Of a stretch of DNA of 64,000 nucleotides, positions 26,021 to 35,154 are shown piece by piece. The DNA is from a virus. Numbering within the stretch: the first letter of the stretch is position 1; every line of letters begins with the position of its first letter. The notes below the pieces were generated by a model. It did not search any database. It was not told where the DNA came from and saw only the letters and a program-made list of their open reading frames with translations. The stretch lies in the IMG/VR virus record IMGVR_UViG_3300004481_000333, positions 1 to 64,000 of that record. One strand, given 5' to 3'. A program made the position numbers and the translations under genes.

Positions 26021-26383
26021 CTATGCGTCGACCCATCCGGCTTTGAGGAGTTTTTGCCAACGCCCTTCGTGATACCGTACCTGGATCGTGCTTCGGACCT
26101 TCGGTCCAGGGATCGGATTCCGTTCTACGAATTCGGCCGGCGTAGAACCGTCACCCTTACATCGGACGGAACCTGTGGACGGGAAACCTTCTGGATCGGT
26201 CGTGGTCCAGCACGACCTTTGGTAGGTAGCGATATCGCCCGCGCTTGGTCTTCGGCCGTTATACGGATTTCCGACGGTTGCCTCCACTGGCCAAGACAAA
26301 GAAACTTGCTCGGGCTTGTTCCAATCAGTCTGGACTGTCGTCACGTACAATTTGCCATCTCGCTCAGTAAGTGTTCCGATCAT
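26021..26383 (-). CDS. hypothetical protein
   Basis: GGAGG SD before MIGTLTERDG. Confidence 0.6.
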   Translation of the reverse strand: MIGTLTERDGKLYVTTVQTDWNKPEQVSLSWPVEATVGNPYNGRRPSAGDIATYQRSCWTTTDPEGFPSTGSVRCKGDGSTPAEFVERNPIPGPKVRSTIQVRYHEGRWQKLLKAGWVDA

Positions 26384-26399
26384 GACCAGATACCCCCTC

Positions 26400-26762
26400 C
26401 TAGCGACAGGACTTGACGGGCGATACGCGCGCCAGGAACTCGACTTCGACCGTGGGGTCACCGACCGAGTAACATGCGTCGAGCTTGTCGCCCAGGAGCT
26501 CCCGGACGCGGGCGACATCGAGTCGACGGCTGCCATTGCGCTCCGCCATCGTGACGACCCCCTCGATGCCGTCCAAGATCATGATGCCGCGTGCGGCGAA
26601 CATGAGGGCGGCTGGGCGCGCGACGGCCTCTAGGCGCTTGACCTCGGCCTTGAGCTCGGAGATCCGGGCGTACTGCTGGACGATCCGGACCTGCTCGAGT
26701 GAGACGATTGGGCTCGCATGGAGGGTGATTTCGGTCGATTTTGCGGATGATTTCTTGGCCAT
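26400..26762 (-). CDS. hypothetical protein
   Basis: GGAGG SD; 120 aa. Confidence 0.65.
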   Translation of the reverse strand: MAKKSSAKSTEITLHASPIVSLEQVRIVQQYARISELKAEVKRLEAVARPAALMFAARGIMILDGIEGVVTMAERNGSRRLDVARVRELLGDKLDACYSVGDPTVEVEFLARVSPVKSCR

Positions 26763-26860
26763 TTGGGGGCCTCCGGTGGTGGTTTTTGGTGGTTTTGGTG
26801 GGTAAAGTGGTGGATCCGCTACGGCCGGACCGTGGTTCGGTCCAGCCGGCTGCCGAGCCG

Positions 26861-27277
26861 CTACTCCGAGCTACGGTAGTCTTTGGCCGCGACCCAGGCC
26901 TGGTAGTCGTCGTGGTATCCTTGGTCTCCGCTTACGACGCCAGATAGATCTTCAAAGAAGACGATTTGGCCGACGGAGATCCCGTAGTCTACCCCACCTG
27001 GAAGCACGCCAGCAGCATAGGCTCTCTTGATTAGGTCTTTGACGGATGCTGCTAAATCGACGATCGGAAAGTTGTCGGACTCGCGACCAATACTGATTTG
27101 AGCGGCTACCGCTGTACAGGTGAGACGCTCGGCCTCCGGCGAGTCGGGCGGTAGATCGGTCAATGAGGCTCTGAGGGCCTCGTAATGAGCAGCACGGGCG
27201 GCTGTCGCGGCGGCGTCTAACTCGGACTGTCGCGAGGTGCGGAATCGGGAGATTGCGAGATTGGCCTCGGTGTTCAT
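26861..27277 (-). CDS. hypothetical protein
   Basis: GGAGACCACCACCC-ATG leader. Confidence 0.6.
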   Translation of the reverse strand: MNTEANLAISRFRTSRQSELDAAATAARAAHYEALRASLTDLPPDSPEAERLTCTAVAAQISIGRESDNFPIVDLAASVKDLIKRAYAAGVLPGGVDYGISVGQIVFFEDLSGVVSGDQGYHDDYQAWVAAKDYRSSE

Positions 27278-27365
27278 GGGTGGTGGTCTCCGGTTGGTGG
27301 GGTGGTGGGAACCCACCGCCCACCGGGTCTGACCGTCGTCAGGCCCGGGGCGGCGAAGGGATCCG

Positions 27366-27656
27366 TTACTCCGCGACTGCCTCGACCTGCTCGATCGCGG
27401 CTTCGAGCTGGATCTCTCGGGCCCGGGCGTGACGGGCCGCTGCCTGCTCGTTGGCCAACTGGGCGCGGAGAAGGCGCCCCAGGGATTCGGCCTGCTCGGC
27501 GCGGCGCGACTGGTCGATCGCGAGCGCGAGCTCGTGTTGGGCGACCGTGAGGGCGTCGAAACCGTCGGCCTGCTGTGCGGCCAGGACGCGGGGACTATAG
27601 ACCGCCAGGGCGGTCTGGGGGCGGAGATGTCGTTGGGGACGGGACTTGCGTTTCAT
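27366..27656 (-). CDS. hypothetical coiled-coil protein
   Basis: GAGGTCCACC-ATG leader. Confidence 0.6.
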   Translation of the reverse strand: MKRKSRPQRHLRPQTALAVYSPRVLAAQQADGFDALTVAQHELALAIDQSRRAEQAESLGRLLRAQLANEQAAARHARAREIQLEAAIEQVEAVAE

Positions 27657-27731
27657 GGTGGACCTCGGGTGGTTGGGGGTGGGGGTTGTGACGCGACTGC
27701 GGGGGCCCGGAGGCCCCCGGATGTCGAGCCG

Positions 27732-27932
27732 CTACTTGCTCACCTCCGCCGCCGCGGCTTTCCAACCGTCGAAATACGCCGATTCAATTTCCGGCCAATC
27801 GCTCGGGTCTGGTGAGTACCACTCTCTGAGACGGACATGATCTTCAGGAAGCGGCTCGTCTGGAGTTTCCCAACCCGTCTCGATAGCAGACTCGCGTCCT
27901 AGTTTTTTGGCGTATGCAAGTGACTTTTTCAT
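27732..27932 (-). CDS. hypothetical protein
   Basis: GGAGAACCACCACC-ATG leader. Confidence 0.6.
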   Translation of the reverse strand: MKKSLAYAKKLGRESAIETGWETPDEPLPEDHVRLREWYSPDPSDWPEIESAYFDGWKAAAAEVSK

Positions 27933-27998
27933 GGTGGTGGTTCTCCGGTGGTTGATCCGCTCGCTGCCGGGTCCCGGGGGGCCCGGTATGCGAGAGGG

Positions 27999-28232
27999 TC
28001 AGGCGTACCGGATGCGCTCGCGTAGCTTCACGGCCGCCGTCGTGGTGGCCATGGTGTAGACGAGCTCCGGGATGGCGTCGGGAGTAGTGCGCCGTAGGCC
28101 GTCCTGGAGACGGCCCAGAATACGGACGGCCGCGTCCCGGGTCCGGTGGCGAGAGAGGATCCAGCCGTGGGTGGGGGTGTCGATACGGATCGTGATGTAG
28201 GTCATGGTTGTGGTCGTCTTGCTGAGTGCCAT
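27999..28232 (-). CDS. hypothetical protein, probably leaderless
   Basis: ATG 6 nt after TATATA of the duplicated promoter-like element. Confidence 0.55.
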   Translation of the reverse strand: MALSKTTTTMTYITIRIDTPTHGWILSRHRTRDAAVRILGRLQDGLRRTTPDAIPELVYTMATTTAAVKLRERIRYA

Positions 28233-28278
28233 GCTCTATATATAGCCCATCGTGGGTCAGTTTGGGGGTCAAATCGAC
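28230..28278 (-). promoter_or_regulatory. promoter-like element, copy A
   Basis: reverse complement GTCGATTTGACCCCCAAACTGACCCACGATGGGCTATATATAGAGCATG, similar to 29200-29249. Confidence 0.6.
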
Positions 28279-28307
28279 ATGCCTCAAAAGAATGGCCACC
28301 CGGTCGG

Positions 28308-28895
28308 TTACGCCGTTTTGGCCACTGGCCACATCAGGCCCGTAATGGCGACGGCCGCTTCTTGTAGCGCTTTTCCGCGCGCTTCCCAGGTGGCGGCCTG
28401 AACGCGCGTGGCCTTTTCGGGGCCGTGATAACGGGCCAGTAGCTGTTCGCCGTCAACAAACAACCGGTTGGACAGTCGGGTCATCTCAATCTGGTAGGGC
28501 CGGACTCGATTTGCCAGCTGGCGAGCCTGCTCCGAGAGCTGTGTCCGCGCCTTTTCTAATTCGCGACCCAATCGCTCGATTTCATCCTTAGCGGCCGCGA
28601 GCTCGGCCGATACATTCAGGAGTTCCTGTTGCTCTTCCGATTGGGCCGGCTGGTAAGCGTCACACAATTCGCTGGCGAATTCGGACCAATGACCCGGGTG
28701 GGATAGAATTTCCGTGATATCCTGCCCAGTTAGGTCGCGGCCCAAAATCCGACTTAGCTCTCGGAGATCCTGGTCGGTGGCGTCCAGTTGGTCATTAGTA
28801 GGAGAGACGTAAGACTCCGGAGTAGGGTACGGCCTGTGATCTACGGCTTTCCTTGCGATCTGACCGGCCATTAGTGTGTAAAGTAGATTATCCAT
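28308..28895 (-). CDS. hypothetical coiled-coil protein
   Basis: 195 aa, heptad region. Confidence 0.6.
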   Translation of the reverse strand: MDNLLYTLMAGQIARKAVDHRPYPTPESYVSPTNDQLDATDQDLRELSRILGRDLTGQDITEILSHPGHWSEFASELCDAYQPAQSEEQQELLNVSAELAAAKDEIERLGRELEKARTQLSEQARQLANRVRPYQIEMTRLSNRLFVDGEQLLARYHGPEKATRVQAATWEARGKALQEAAVAITGLMWPVAKTA

Positions 28896-29199
28896 CGGTG
28901 GTGTTTCTCGGTGGTGGGTTACGAAAATCTCTATTGCGAGAGTCGTGCCAGGAGACCCCCACGAAATCCTCGCTATTTTCGCTCTGCCGGCCCGTTCAGT
29001 GGTGACAAGAATTGGCCAGGCCCGCTGGTCAAAAGGATCGAGGATTTGAAGATTTCTACCCGCTGGCCAGCGCGGAACCAGCGGAAAACACGCTGTGCGC
29101 GCGAATTGTCACCCAATTTGGACCGATTTGAAAAACTTGCGAGGTCCGGAACAGGCCAACCATGGGCCACTAAGCGGCCAGCCGTTCTTTAGATGAACG

Positions 29200-29249
29200 G
29201 TCGATTGTCTCCCCAAACAGACCAATCGTGGGCTATATAGATAGCCATG
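29200..29249 (+). promoter_or_regulatory. promoter-like element, copy B
   Basis: GTCGATTGTCTCCCCAAACAGACCAATCGTGGGCTATATAGATAGCCATG. Confidence 0.6.
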
Positions 29250-29639
29250 CTATCCACCCAAACCACCACTGTTTCTAAACCCACCGGCCGGAAGCCTATC
29301 TCCTCGGCCGACTGCCAGATCGCTGAGACAATCCTGAGCCAGCTCGGAGGCCTGGGCCGCCTGACGGCCATGCTTGGGGTCCGGCGCGTGGCCCCGATGG
29401 ATCGTGGCCTGGTCATCCGGTTCGCCGCCCGCGCGCGCCGGCGGATTAACTCAATCACGGTCGAGTTCTGCCGGGACGACACGTACCGGGTCGAGTTCTG
29501 GTCGATCCGTCTGCCGGCCGACCCCGTTCGGGTCTCGGAGTACTCTGGGATCTACGCCGACTCGCTCAGAGAGCTCATTGAGGGAGAGACCGGTCTGGCC
29601 CTCAGCTTGGCGCCCAGTATCGCGCCCAGGGGGGCGTGA
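29247..29639 (+). CDS. conserved phage hypothetical protein
   Basis: IAETILSQLGG..RL.AMLG...DDTYRVEF...GIYADSL...IE.ETGL pattern. Confidence 0.75.
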   Translation: MLSTQTTTVSKPTGRKPISSADCQIAETILSQLGGLGRLTAMLGVRRVAPMDRGLVIRFAARARRRINSITVEFCRDDTYRVEFWSIRLPADPVRVSEYSGIYADSLRELIEGETGLALSLAPSIAPRGA

Positions 29640-29833
29640 TGGTCTCCCTGCCGGTCCGGCTCGAGTGGCGTGGTCCCCTGCGGGTGGTTCCCGGTCCACG
29701 AGGCGACGCTGGGTGGACCATGCTCCAATTCGGCCACATATCCGAGGCCGTCGATTGGGCTAGGGGCCATGTGGCTTGCCTGATGCCAAACCAGCCGCCC
29801 GAGGTGCGGGCTGCCGTCAGGGTGCCGCGATGA
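29636..29833 (+). CDS. hypothetical protein
   Basis: coupled ORF. Confidence 0.5.
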   Translation: MMVSLPVRLEWRGPLRVVPGPRGDAGWTMLQFGHISEAVDWARGHVACLMPNQPPEVRAAVRVPR

Positions 29834-30231
29834 CTAGGCCTGACCAGGACGGGTGCGAGTCGAGGGCGTCCAATCCCAGCCACGCCCTCATGGCGTCTCG
29901 CCTACAGTCCAAACGCGAGGCCCACCTGCTCCGAGAGGCCGAGGTATGCCTCCGGCCCGAGATCGACCTCCCGGTGGCGGTCCGGCTCCTACTCGACGAG
30001 TGCCGATCCTACTTCCAGGGCGTCCGGCCAGAGCCCCACGGCTCGCGAGTCCGGCTCGAGATTTGGGGCCCCAACGAGGCCCGTCTGGCCCGCTGGCTTA
30101 TGGCCCGCGAGGGTTTTGAGACGACCTGCCGACCCAAGCCATCCGACCTATACATCCAGATCCTGGAGGTATCGGTCAGATCCAACAAGGTCACTCAGCC
30201 CAGGAGGGCAACGTCCCACCCATCACCCTGA
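29830..30231 (+). CDS. hypothetical protein
   Basis: ATGA-coupled ORF. Confidence 0.5.
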   Translation: MTRPDQDGCESRASNPSHALMASRLQSKREAHLLREAEVCLRPEIDLPVAVRLLLDECRSYFQGVRPEPHGSRVRLEIWGPNEARLARWLMAREGFETTCRPKPSDLYIQILEVSVRSNKVTQPRRATSHPSP

Positions 30232-30270
30232 TGGCCCACCAGATGGTGGAGCCAACAGCCAAAGGTACCA

Positions 30271-30585
30271 ATGACCTTCCGCTTCAGCCGGATCGGCGTC
30301 CTCATTGCCCAGAACCCGCCCCAGGCCGCCCGTGAACTCGAGCGCCTGTTCACCCGCTACGGAACCCGTCGCGCCGTGGCACACGCGATCCCTTGCAGCC
30401 CCGAGACCATACGCCGCTGGATCCAAGCTCTTCAGCACCTCGGCCTGGAGGTCCAGAACCGACACGGGCCCGGTCGCCCTCCCAAGCCAATCCCAGCGCC
30501 ACCACGCAAGCGACGAACCAAAACTGGGCCCAAGGCCGGCCCCTTCAGCGATCCGGCCCCGCGTGGTCCCGAAAAATCGACCTAA
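30271..30585 (+). CDS. HTH protein with AT-hook-like basic tail
   Basis: GTRRAVAHAIPCSPETIRRWI; PGRPPK. Confidence 0.65.
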   Translation: MTFRFSRIGVLIAQNPPQAARELERLFTRYGTRRAVAHAIPCSPETIRRWIQALQHLGLEVQNRHGPGRPPKPIPAPPRKRRTKTGPKAGPFSDPAPRGPEKST

Positions 30586-30712
30586 AAATCGACCTCGCAG
30601 CCGTTTCGCTGCGGTCCCGCCACCACCAATCTGGCCGAAAAGCGGACCTGAACCTGGCAGAAGTTGCCCAAAGCTGGCGCCCGTCCGGAGAGCATACGTG
30701 AGGGGATAGAAA

Positions 30713-31117
30713 GTGGCGAAGCCCCAAGGTCCGGAGAAGGCGTCGTTCCGCCAGCTTTCCAAGCGAATGCCTACGTGGAAGCTTGAGAAGGCTCACGAAA
30801 TGCGTCTGAATCAGACGCTTACGGAACGTATTCTGTGGCATCGGCTGAGAGCCCGAAAACTGGGAGTGAAGTTTCGGCGTCAAGTACCGTTGCTCGGTTA
30901 CATCGCAGACTTCGCAAGTCTTAGGGAACGAATTGTTGTCGAGGTCGACGGCAAGACTCACGATGACCAAGTTGACTACGATGCCAACCGTGACGACGCA
31001 ATGCGTCGATTCGGCATCAAGGTAGTACGGATCCCTTCGTGGTTGATCTTGTCGAATCCGGAAGGAGCCGTGCGGATCATCCAGAACGCCATCAAAGATC
31101 GGAGTCTGGACTCCTGA
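30713..31117 (+). CDS. DUF559 (Vsr-like) endonuclease
   Basis: LWHRLR..KLGVKFRRQ....YIADF.....IVVEVDG..H...D..RD....FGIKVVRI. Confidence 0.9.
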   Translation: MAKPQGPEKASFRQLSKRMPTWKLEKAHEMRLNQTLTERILWHRLRARKLGVKFRRQVPLLGYIADFASLRERIVVEVDGKTHDDQVDYDANRDDAMRRFGIKVVRIPSWLILSNPEGAVRIIQNAIKDRSLDS

Positions 31118-31261
31118 CAGGTATCCAGACTCTGCTGGCCGGATCGGTCTGTCAACAGAAAAGCGACACAACCGAATTTTGACGCTTGGCTGTTTGGCCT
31201 ACGGTACGCAGAGTCTGCGAGCCTCTTCCACCTCCCCAGCGGAACCACCTGAAAGCTCGCG

Positions 31262-31468
31262 ATGGCGGCAACGACACTACCGGCTGGGAGTAGGGCTAAC
31301 TCCGGCCAGCCAGATCGGGTCCAGACTCCCCGCACCCGACTAGGGGACCGCGACCCACAATCTTGGGACGTCGTGCCTGACCAATACTGGGACAGGTTGC
31401 TCCGATTGATGGCGCTCCTGCCTCCGGCGCAGGAGGAAGACGGGCCGGATCCGGAGCCGTTCGTCTAG
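31262..31468 (+). CDS. small hypothetical protein
   Basis: 68-aa ATG ORF. Confidence 0.4.
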   Translation: MAATTLPAGSRANSGQPDRVQTPRTRLGDRDPQSWDVVPDQYWDRLLRLMALLPPAQEEDGPDPEPFV

Positions 31469-31562
31469 GGACGAATGTAGGCCGGCCGGAAGCACTAGAT
31501 TCCGCGCATTTGTGCGCGAAACCCCGGGTGACGACCCGGGATCTACCAGAAAGGGATTCCCA

Positions 31563-31640
31563 ATGGTAGCTCGAAAGTTCTCTACCCGCGCTGGTGGCGG
31601 CAGGATCAAGTTCCGAGCCGGTCTCGGCGGAGCAGGCTGA
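31563..31640 (+). CDS. 25-aa Gly/Arg-rich peptide MVARKFSTRAGGGRIKFRAGLGGAG
   Basis: GAAAGGGA SD; read by hand. Confidence 0.55.
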   Translation: MVARKFSTRAGGGRIKFRAGLGGAG

Positions 31641-31643
31641 GGC

Positions 31644-31769
31644 GTGGCCATCTCGGTGCCTGCCGTGACCGGGATGCTGGTGAGCCAGGGCGCGCGGAAC
31701 ATAGCGCGCCTTGGCAGAAGCCAGGCGGCCCGTGGGCGTTTTAGTGCTTGGCTTGGCGGGTCTGGCTGA
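31644..31769 (+). CDS. 41-aa peptide ending RGRFSAWLGGSG
   Basis: GTG start 3 nt after the previous stop; C-terminus resembles that of the preceding peptide. Confidence 0.5.
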   Translation: MAISVPAVTGMLVSQGARNIARLGRSQAARGRFSAWLGGSG

Positions 31770-31771
31770 GC

Positions 31772-32470
31772 GTGCGGGCTCTAGAGTCGACATTACACCA
31801 ACTAGAGGAGGCACGTCGCGGTAGTGCCGCGTGCCTTCTGGCCTTCAGTGGCGGCAAGGACTCGCTGTGCTGTGGGGAACTGGCGCATCGCGTGTTTGAA
31901 CGCGTTGAGGGGTTCTTCATGTACCTCATTCCGGGCATGGAATGTGTGGAAGAGGCGCTGGAGGTTGGGCGCAAGCGATGGGGGATGCAGATTCGGCAGT
32001 ATCCGCACTGGGTATTGAGCAAGCTGTTGAACTCGGGCGTCTACCGGTTGACGCACGATCTCGACACCCGGTTGTTTGATAAGCAGTTTCCAGATCTAAA
32101 GCTGAAGGACATCTACGCGCTGGCTCGAGCAGATTCTGGGATTCAGCTTCTCATGACTGGGGCTAAGAAGGCGGACTCGATTTGGCGGCGCAAGATGCTA
32201 GGCAACTGGGGCAGTCAGGAAGACGTGCTGTATCCACTGATCGAGTGGAGCAAGGTGGACGTCTTGGCTTTCATGAAGGCCAACGATCTACCGGAGCCCA
32301 GTAGTTCGGAGAAGAACGCGACGGGAATCGATTTGACTCCTGCGTCGCTCTTGTGGCTACACGACCAGCATCCCCGGGACTTCGCGCGGCTCTGTGAGGT
32401 GTTCCCATTGGCGGAGGCGATAGTGTGGCATCGGAAGTTCTATGGCGGCGAAGAAGCATCGGCAGCCTGA
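31772..32470 (+). CDS. PAPS reductase-like PP-loop (adenine nucleotide alpha hydrolase) protein
   Basis: LLAFSGGKDS, TGAKKADS..RR, YPLIEWSK.DV. Confidence 0.85.
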   Translation: MRALESTLHQLEEARRGSAACLLAFSGGKDSLCCGELAHRVFERVEGFFMYLIPGMECVEEALEVGRKRWGMQIRQYPHWVLSKLLNSGVYRLTHDLDTRLFDKQFPDLKLKDIYALARADSGIQLLMTGAKKADSIWRRKMLGNWGSQEDVLYPLIEWSKVDVLAFMKANDLPEPSSSEKNATGIDLTPASLLWLHDQHPRDFARLCEVFPLAEAIVWHRKFYGGEEASAA

Positions 32471-33209
32471 ACCGGCATCAGAACCGGTTGTGGAAGAGGC
32501 GGCCGTACTGCATCCGCTTCAGCGTTTCGAGTTCGTGACGATTCATCGGCGCGACATCCAGAAGGCGCCGTACAATCCTTGTCGCATCACCGATAAGGCG
32601 CGCGAACAGCTGCGTATCAGTCTGGAGAAGAACGGGTTGGTGGAAGGGCTGGTGTGGAACGTGCGCACCGGAAACCTTGTGGGAGGACACCAGCGGCTGG
32701 AAGAGTTGGACGGGTATTTTGGGTCCGACAACTATCTACTGACGGTCTGCAAAAACGACGTGTCGGAAGCGAAGGAAGTAGAACTCAACGTCGCATTGAA
32801 CAACGAGGCTACCCAGGGCGAATGGGTTCCTGAGTCACTGAAGGTTTTGCTGCAGCGCAAGGACGTAGACCACGCCGCCATGGGGTACGATACCGCGGAT
32901 GTCTTCACGATGTTCGGAGGATCCGTCTTCAACGGACCACAGGCAGCTGAGCAACTGGAGAAGCTGGCTGATCGCTTGAAGGACACCCAGGCGGCCTATG
33001 ACAAGATCGTCAAAAAAGACGCCGGCAAAAGCGAGAAGGACGACGACCAGTACTACATGGTGATCGTTTTCCGAAACACGCGCGACCGTTTGGACTTCAG
33101 CGAGCAACTCGGGCTCGAGGAAGGGCGTCTGTACGTGTCGGGGACGCAGATGCGAGGCCTGTTCAAGCTTGTGGCGAAGCAACCAAGCGAAGATGCGGCA
33201 GCGGAGTAG
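32442..33209 (+). CDS. ParB/Srx-like N-terminal domain protein
   Basis: APYNP.RI...LRISLEKNGLVE.LVWN.RTGNLVGGHQRL. Confidence 0.85.
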   Translation: MAAKKHRQPEPASEPVVEEAAVLHPLQRFEFVTIHRRDIQKAPYNPCRITDKAREQLRISLEKNGLVEGLVWNVRTGNLVGGHQRLEELDGYFGSDNYLLTVCKNDVSEAKEVELNVALNNEATQGEWVPESLKVLLQRKDVDHAAMGYDTADVFTMFGGSVFNGPQAAEQLEKLADRLKDTQAAYDKIVKKDAGKSEKDDDQYYMVIVFRNTRDRLDFSEQLGLEEGRLYVSGTQMRGLFKLVAKQPSEDAAAE

Positions 33210-33212
33210 TGG

Positions 33213-33833
33213 ATGCCTCCCAGTGACATGGACCCTCCGAAAAGGAACGGAGGACAGAAACCAAAGCTCAACAAGGCGTTGACCGAAAAACTGTGCAAGC
33301 TCGTGAGCAGCGGGATCCCCAAGACCACGGCGGCCGGTACGGTAGGGATTCATTCCATCACGCTCTACCAGTGGCAACAGAAGGGCCGCGCTCATCTCGA
33401 GAAGGGTGAGCAATCCCGTTACAGCAACTTCGTGGAGCAGCTGTACCAGGCCGAAAGCATCGCACGCGCCACCATCTTCGCACAGTGGCAACAGTGCTCC
33501 CGATACAACAGGGGTTCCCCAACTGTCATCCAGATCGATGAAAAAGGAAAGCAGAAGGTCCTGGAAAAGGGCGTTCCAAGCGGACCAGAAGGCGACTGGC
33601 GTTCGTATCGAGAAATGCTGCGTTGCATGGACCCGGACAACTGGGCCGAACGGGTCAAGACCGAGCTCACGGGTAAGGATGGTGGACCTGTGCGGGTAGA
33701 GAAAACATCCCCCGCTGCCCTTGCGGCCGAGGCGCGCAAGCTCATTGCCGAGACGTTCCGATCTGGTGACTCGACTCAGCAGACGGAAAACACAGATTCG
33801 GAACCAGAAGATCCGGACGAAGGGGAAAAATGA
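33213..33833 (+). CDS. terminase small subunit (putative)
   Basis: N-terminal HTH (GIPKTTAAGTVGIHSITLYQW) and C-terminal ELTGKDGGPV; upstream of TerL. Confidence 0.75.
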   Translation: MPPSDMDPPKRNGGQKPKLNKALTEKLCKLVSSGIPKTTAAGTVGIHSITLYQWQQKGRAHLEKGEQSRYSNFVEQLYQAESIARATIFAQWQQCSRYNRGSPTVIQIDEKGKQKVLEKGVPSGPEGDWRSYREMLRCMDPDNWAERVKTELTGKDGGPVRVEKTSPAALAAEARKLIAETFRSGDSTQQTENTDSEPEDPDEGEK

Positions 33834-34111
33834 ACCAAGAAGCCGAAGCTACGGAAACCGTGAGTTCGGGCGGAGTACCTGGGAAGACGCATCAAATCTC
33901 AGCTATGGTCTTGAGAGTTGGCGGTAGATGCTTCATGAAGTTCTCCATGAACTACACCCCGGAATCGAAAGACTTCGAGGTGCGCTTCGCCATCTCGGAC
34001 GACCCGATCAACTCTAACGATGGAGTCTCATGGCGCATCAGCGAATCTGAGATGAAGCAGATCCTGGCCAACGCGGCGGCGCTTGATGCAATGGCCGTTG
34101 CCACAGAGTAA
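33830..34111 (+). CDS. hypothetical protein
   Basis: ATGA-coupled. Confidence 0.55.
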   Translation: MNQEAEATETVSSGGVPGKTHQISAMVLRVGGRCFMKFSMNYTPESKDFEVRFAISDDPINSNDGVSWRISESEMKQILANAAALDAMAVATE

Positions 34112-34119
34112 CCACCCCC

Positions 34120-34608
34120 ATGCCCGCGAACCTGATCGACACCCTGAACGAGATCCTGGCGGCCGAGCGGGTCGCGGAGGACCAGTACCGCCTGCAGAGC
34201 AAGCTGGCGGATATTCAGGGGTACTCCAGGCTCGCGACCAAGTTCGCGGAAGAGCAACAGGAAGAGTCGGGGCACGCGGACCGCGTTGTGGCCCGGATCG
34301 ACTTCTTGAGGGGATCCCCAGTGCCGTTTGGTCCAACACCAACTGTGCCGCGTGAGCTCCCCAACCTAGAGCAGGTGGGCGCGACCCCAGAGGCCATGCT
34401 GGCTGCCAACAAGGCGGCGGAGCTGCGTGCCATCGCGCTCTACAACGGCGCAATCGAGCTCACGCTATCGCTGAAGGACCACGGAACCAGACTCGTCCTG
34501 GAGCCAAACCTGCGGGACGAGGAGCAACATCTCCTGTGGGTGGAACAGCAGCTATCGCTCATCCAGTCGTTGGGCGTCGAGAACTGGCGCCAAACGCTGG
34601 TGGTATAG
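34120..34608 (+). CDS. bacterioferritin-like ferritin protein
   Basis: LNEILAAE...QY, EESGHAD...RIDFL.G.P, ELRAI..YN, D.GTR, DEEQH..W.EQQL.LI..LGVENW. Confidence 0.85.
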   Translation: MPANLIDTLNEILAAERVAEDQYRLQSKLADIQGYSRLATKFAEEQQEESGHADRVVARIDFLRGSPVPFGPTPTVPRELPNLEQVGATPEAMLAANKAAELRAIALYNGAIELTLSLKDHGTRLVLEPNLRDEEQHLLWVEQQLSLIQSLGVENWRQTLVV

Positions 34609-34622
34609 GTGAGGAGGACTCC

Positions 34623-34781
34623 GTGCCGTTCAAGTCACAAGCACAACGCGGATTCATGTACGTCCATCACCCCAAGCTCGCGAAGAAGTTCGAGAAGGAG
34701 ACGCCCAAAGGCAAGCTCCCCGAACACGTGAAGCCCAAGAAGGGTGGATCGGGAAGCAAGCCGGGCCGGAAGCGATTCTGA
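34623..34781 (+). CDS. small basic phage protein
   Basis: MPFKSQAQR.FMY..HP.LAK.FE.ETPKGKLPE.VK; GAGGAGG SD. Confidence 0.7.
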   Translation: MPFKSQAQRGFMYVHHPKLAKKFEKETPKGKLPEHVKPKKGGSGSKPGRKRF

Positions 34782-34803
34782 GAAAACTGAAAGGGGCACG
34801 AAT

Positions 34804-35154
34804 ATGCAACTTGAGTGGAATGCTCAACAAATCGAGTGGGATGAAAATCAGCAAGTGATCACGAAGTGGTACGCTACGATTGCTGGTCCCGATATGATGA
34901 GCGGGACAGTGGGTGTTGTGCTGTCCGGGGTCATTGCAGAGAGAGCGCGAAAGCAAGGAAAGCACTTGCCAGGGTTCATGCGCGAAATTCAGCGCAAGCA
35001 GTTCGCAGCTGGAATCAAAGACTTGTTCAGTGATTCGGGGGCGCCTGTCGACATGCTACGAGAGCCATTCGCGTCTCTGGATGACGCTAAGGCCGGAGTC
35101 TTGGCTGCATTGCAGGCTCAGTACCACCAAAGAGCCAAAGGGGTATTCCAATGA
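34804..35154 (+). CDS. hypothetical protein
   Basis: ATG ORF in operon. Confidence 0.55.
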   Translation: MQLEWNAQQIEWDENQQVITKWYATIAGPDMMSGTVGVVLSGVIAERARKQGKHLPGFMREIQRKQFAAGIKDLFSDSGAPVDMLREPFASLDDAKAGVLAALQAQYHQRAKGVFQ

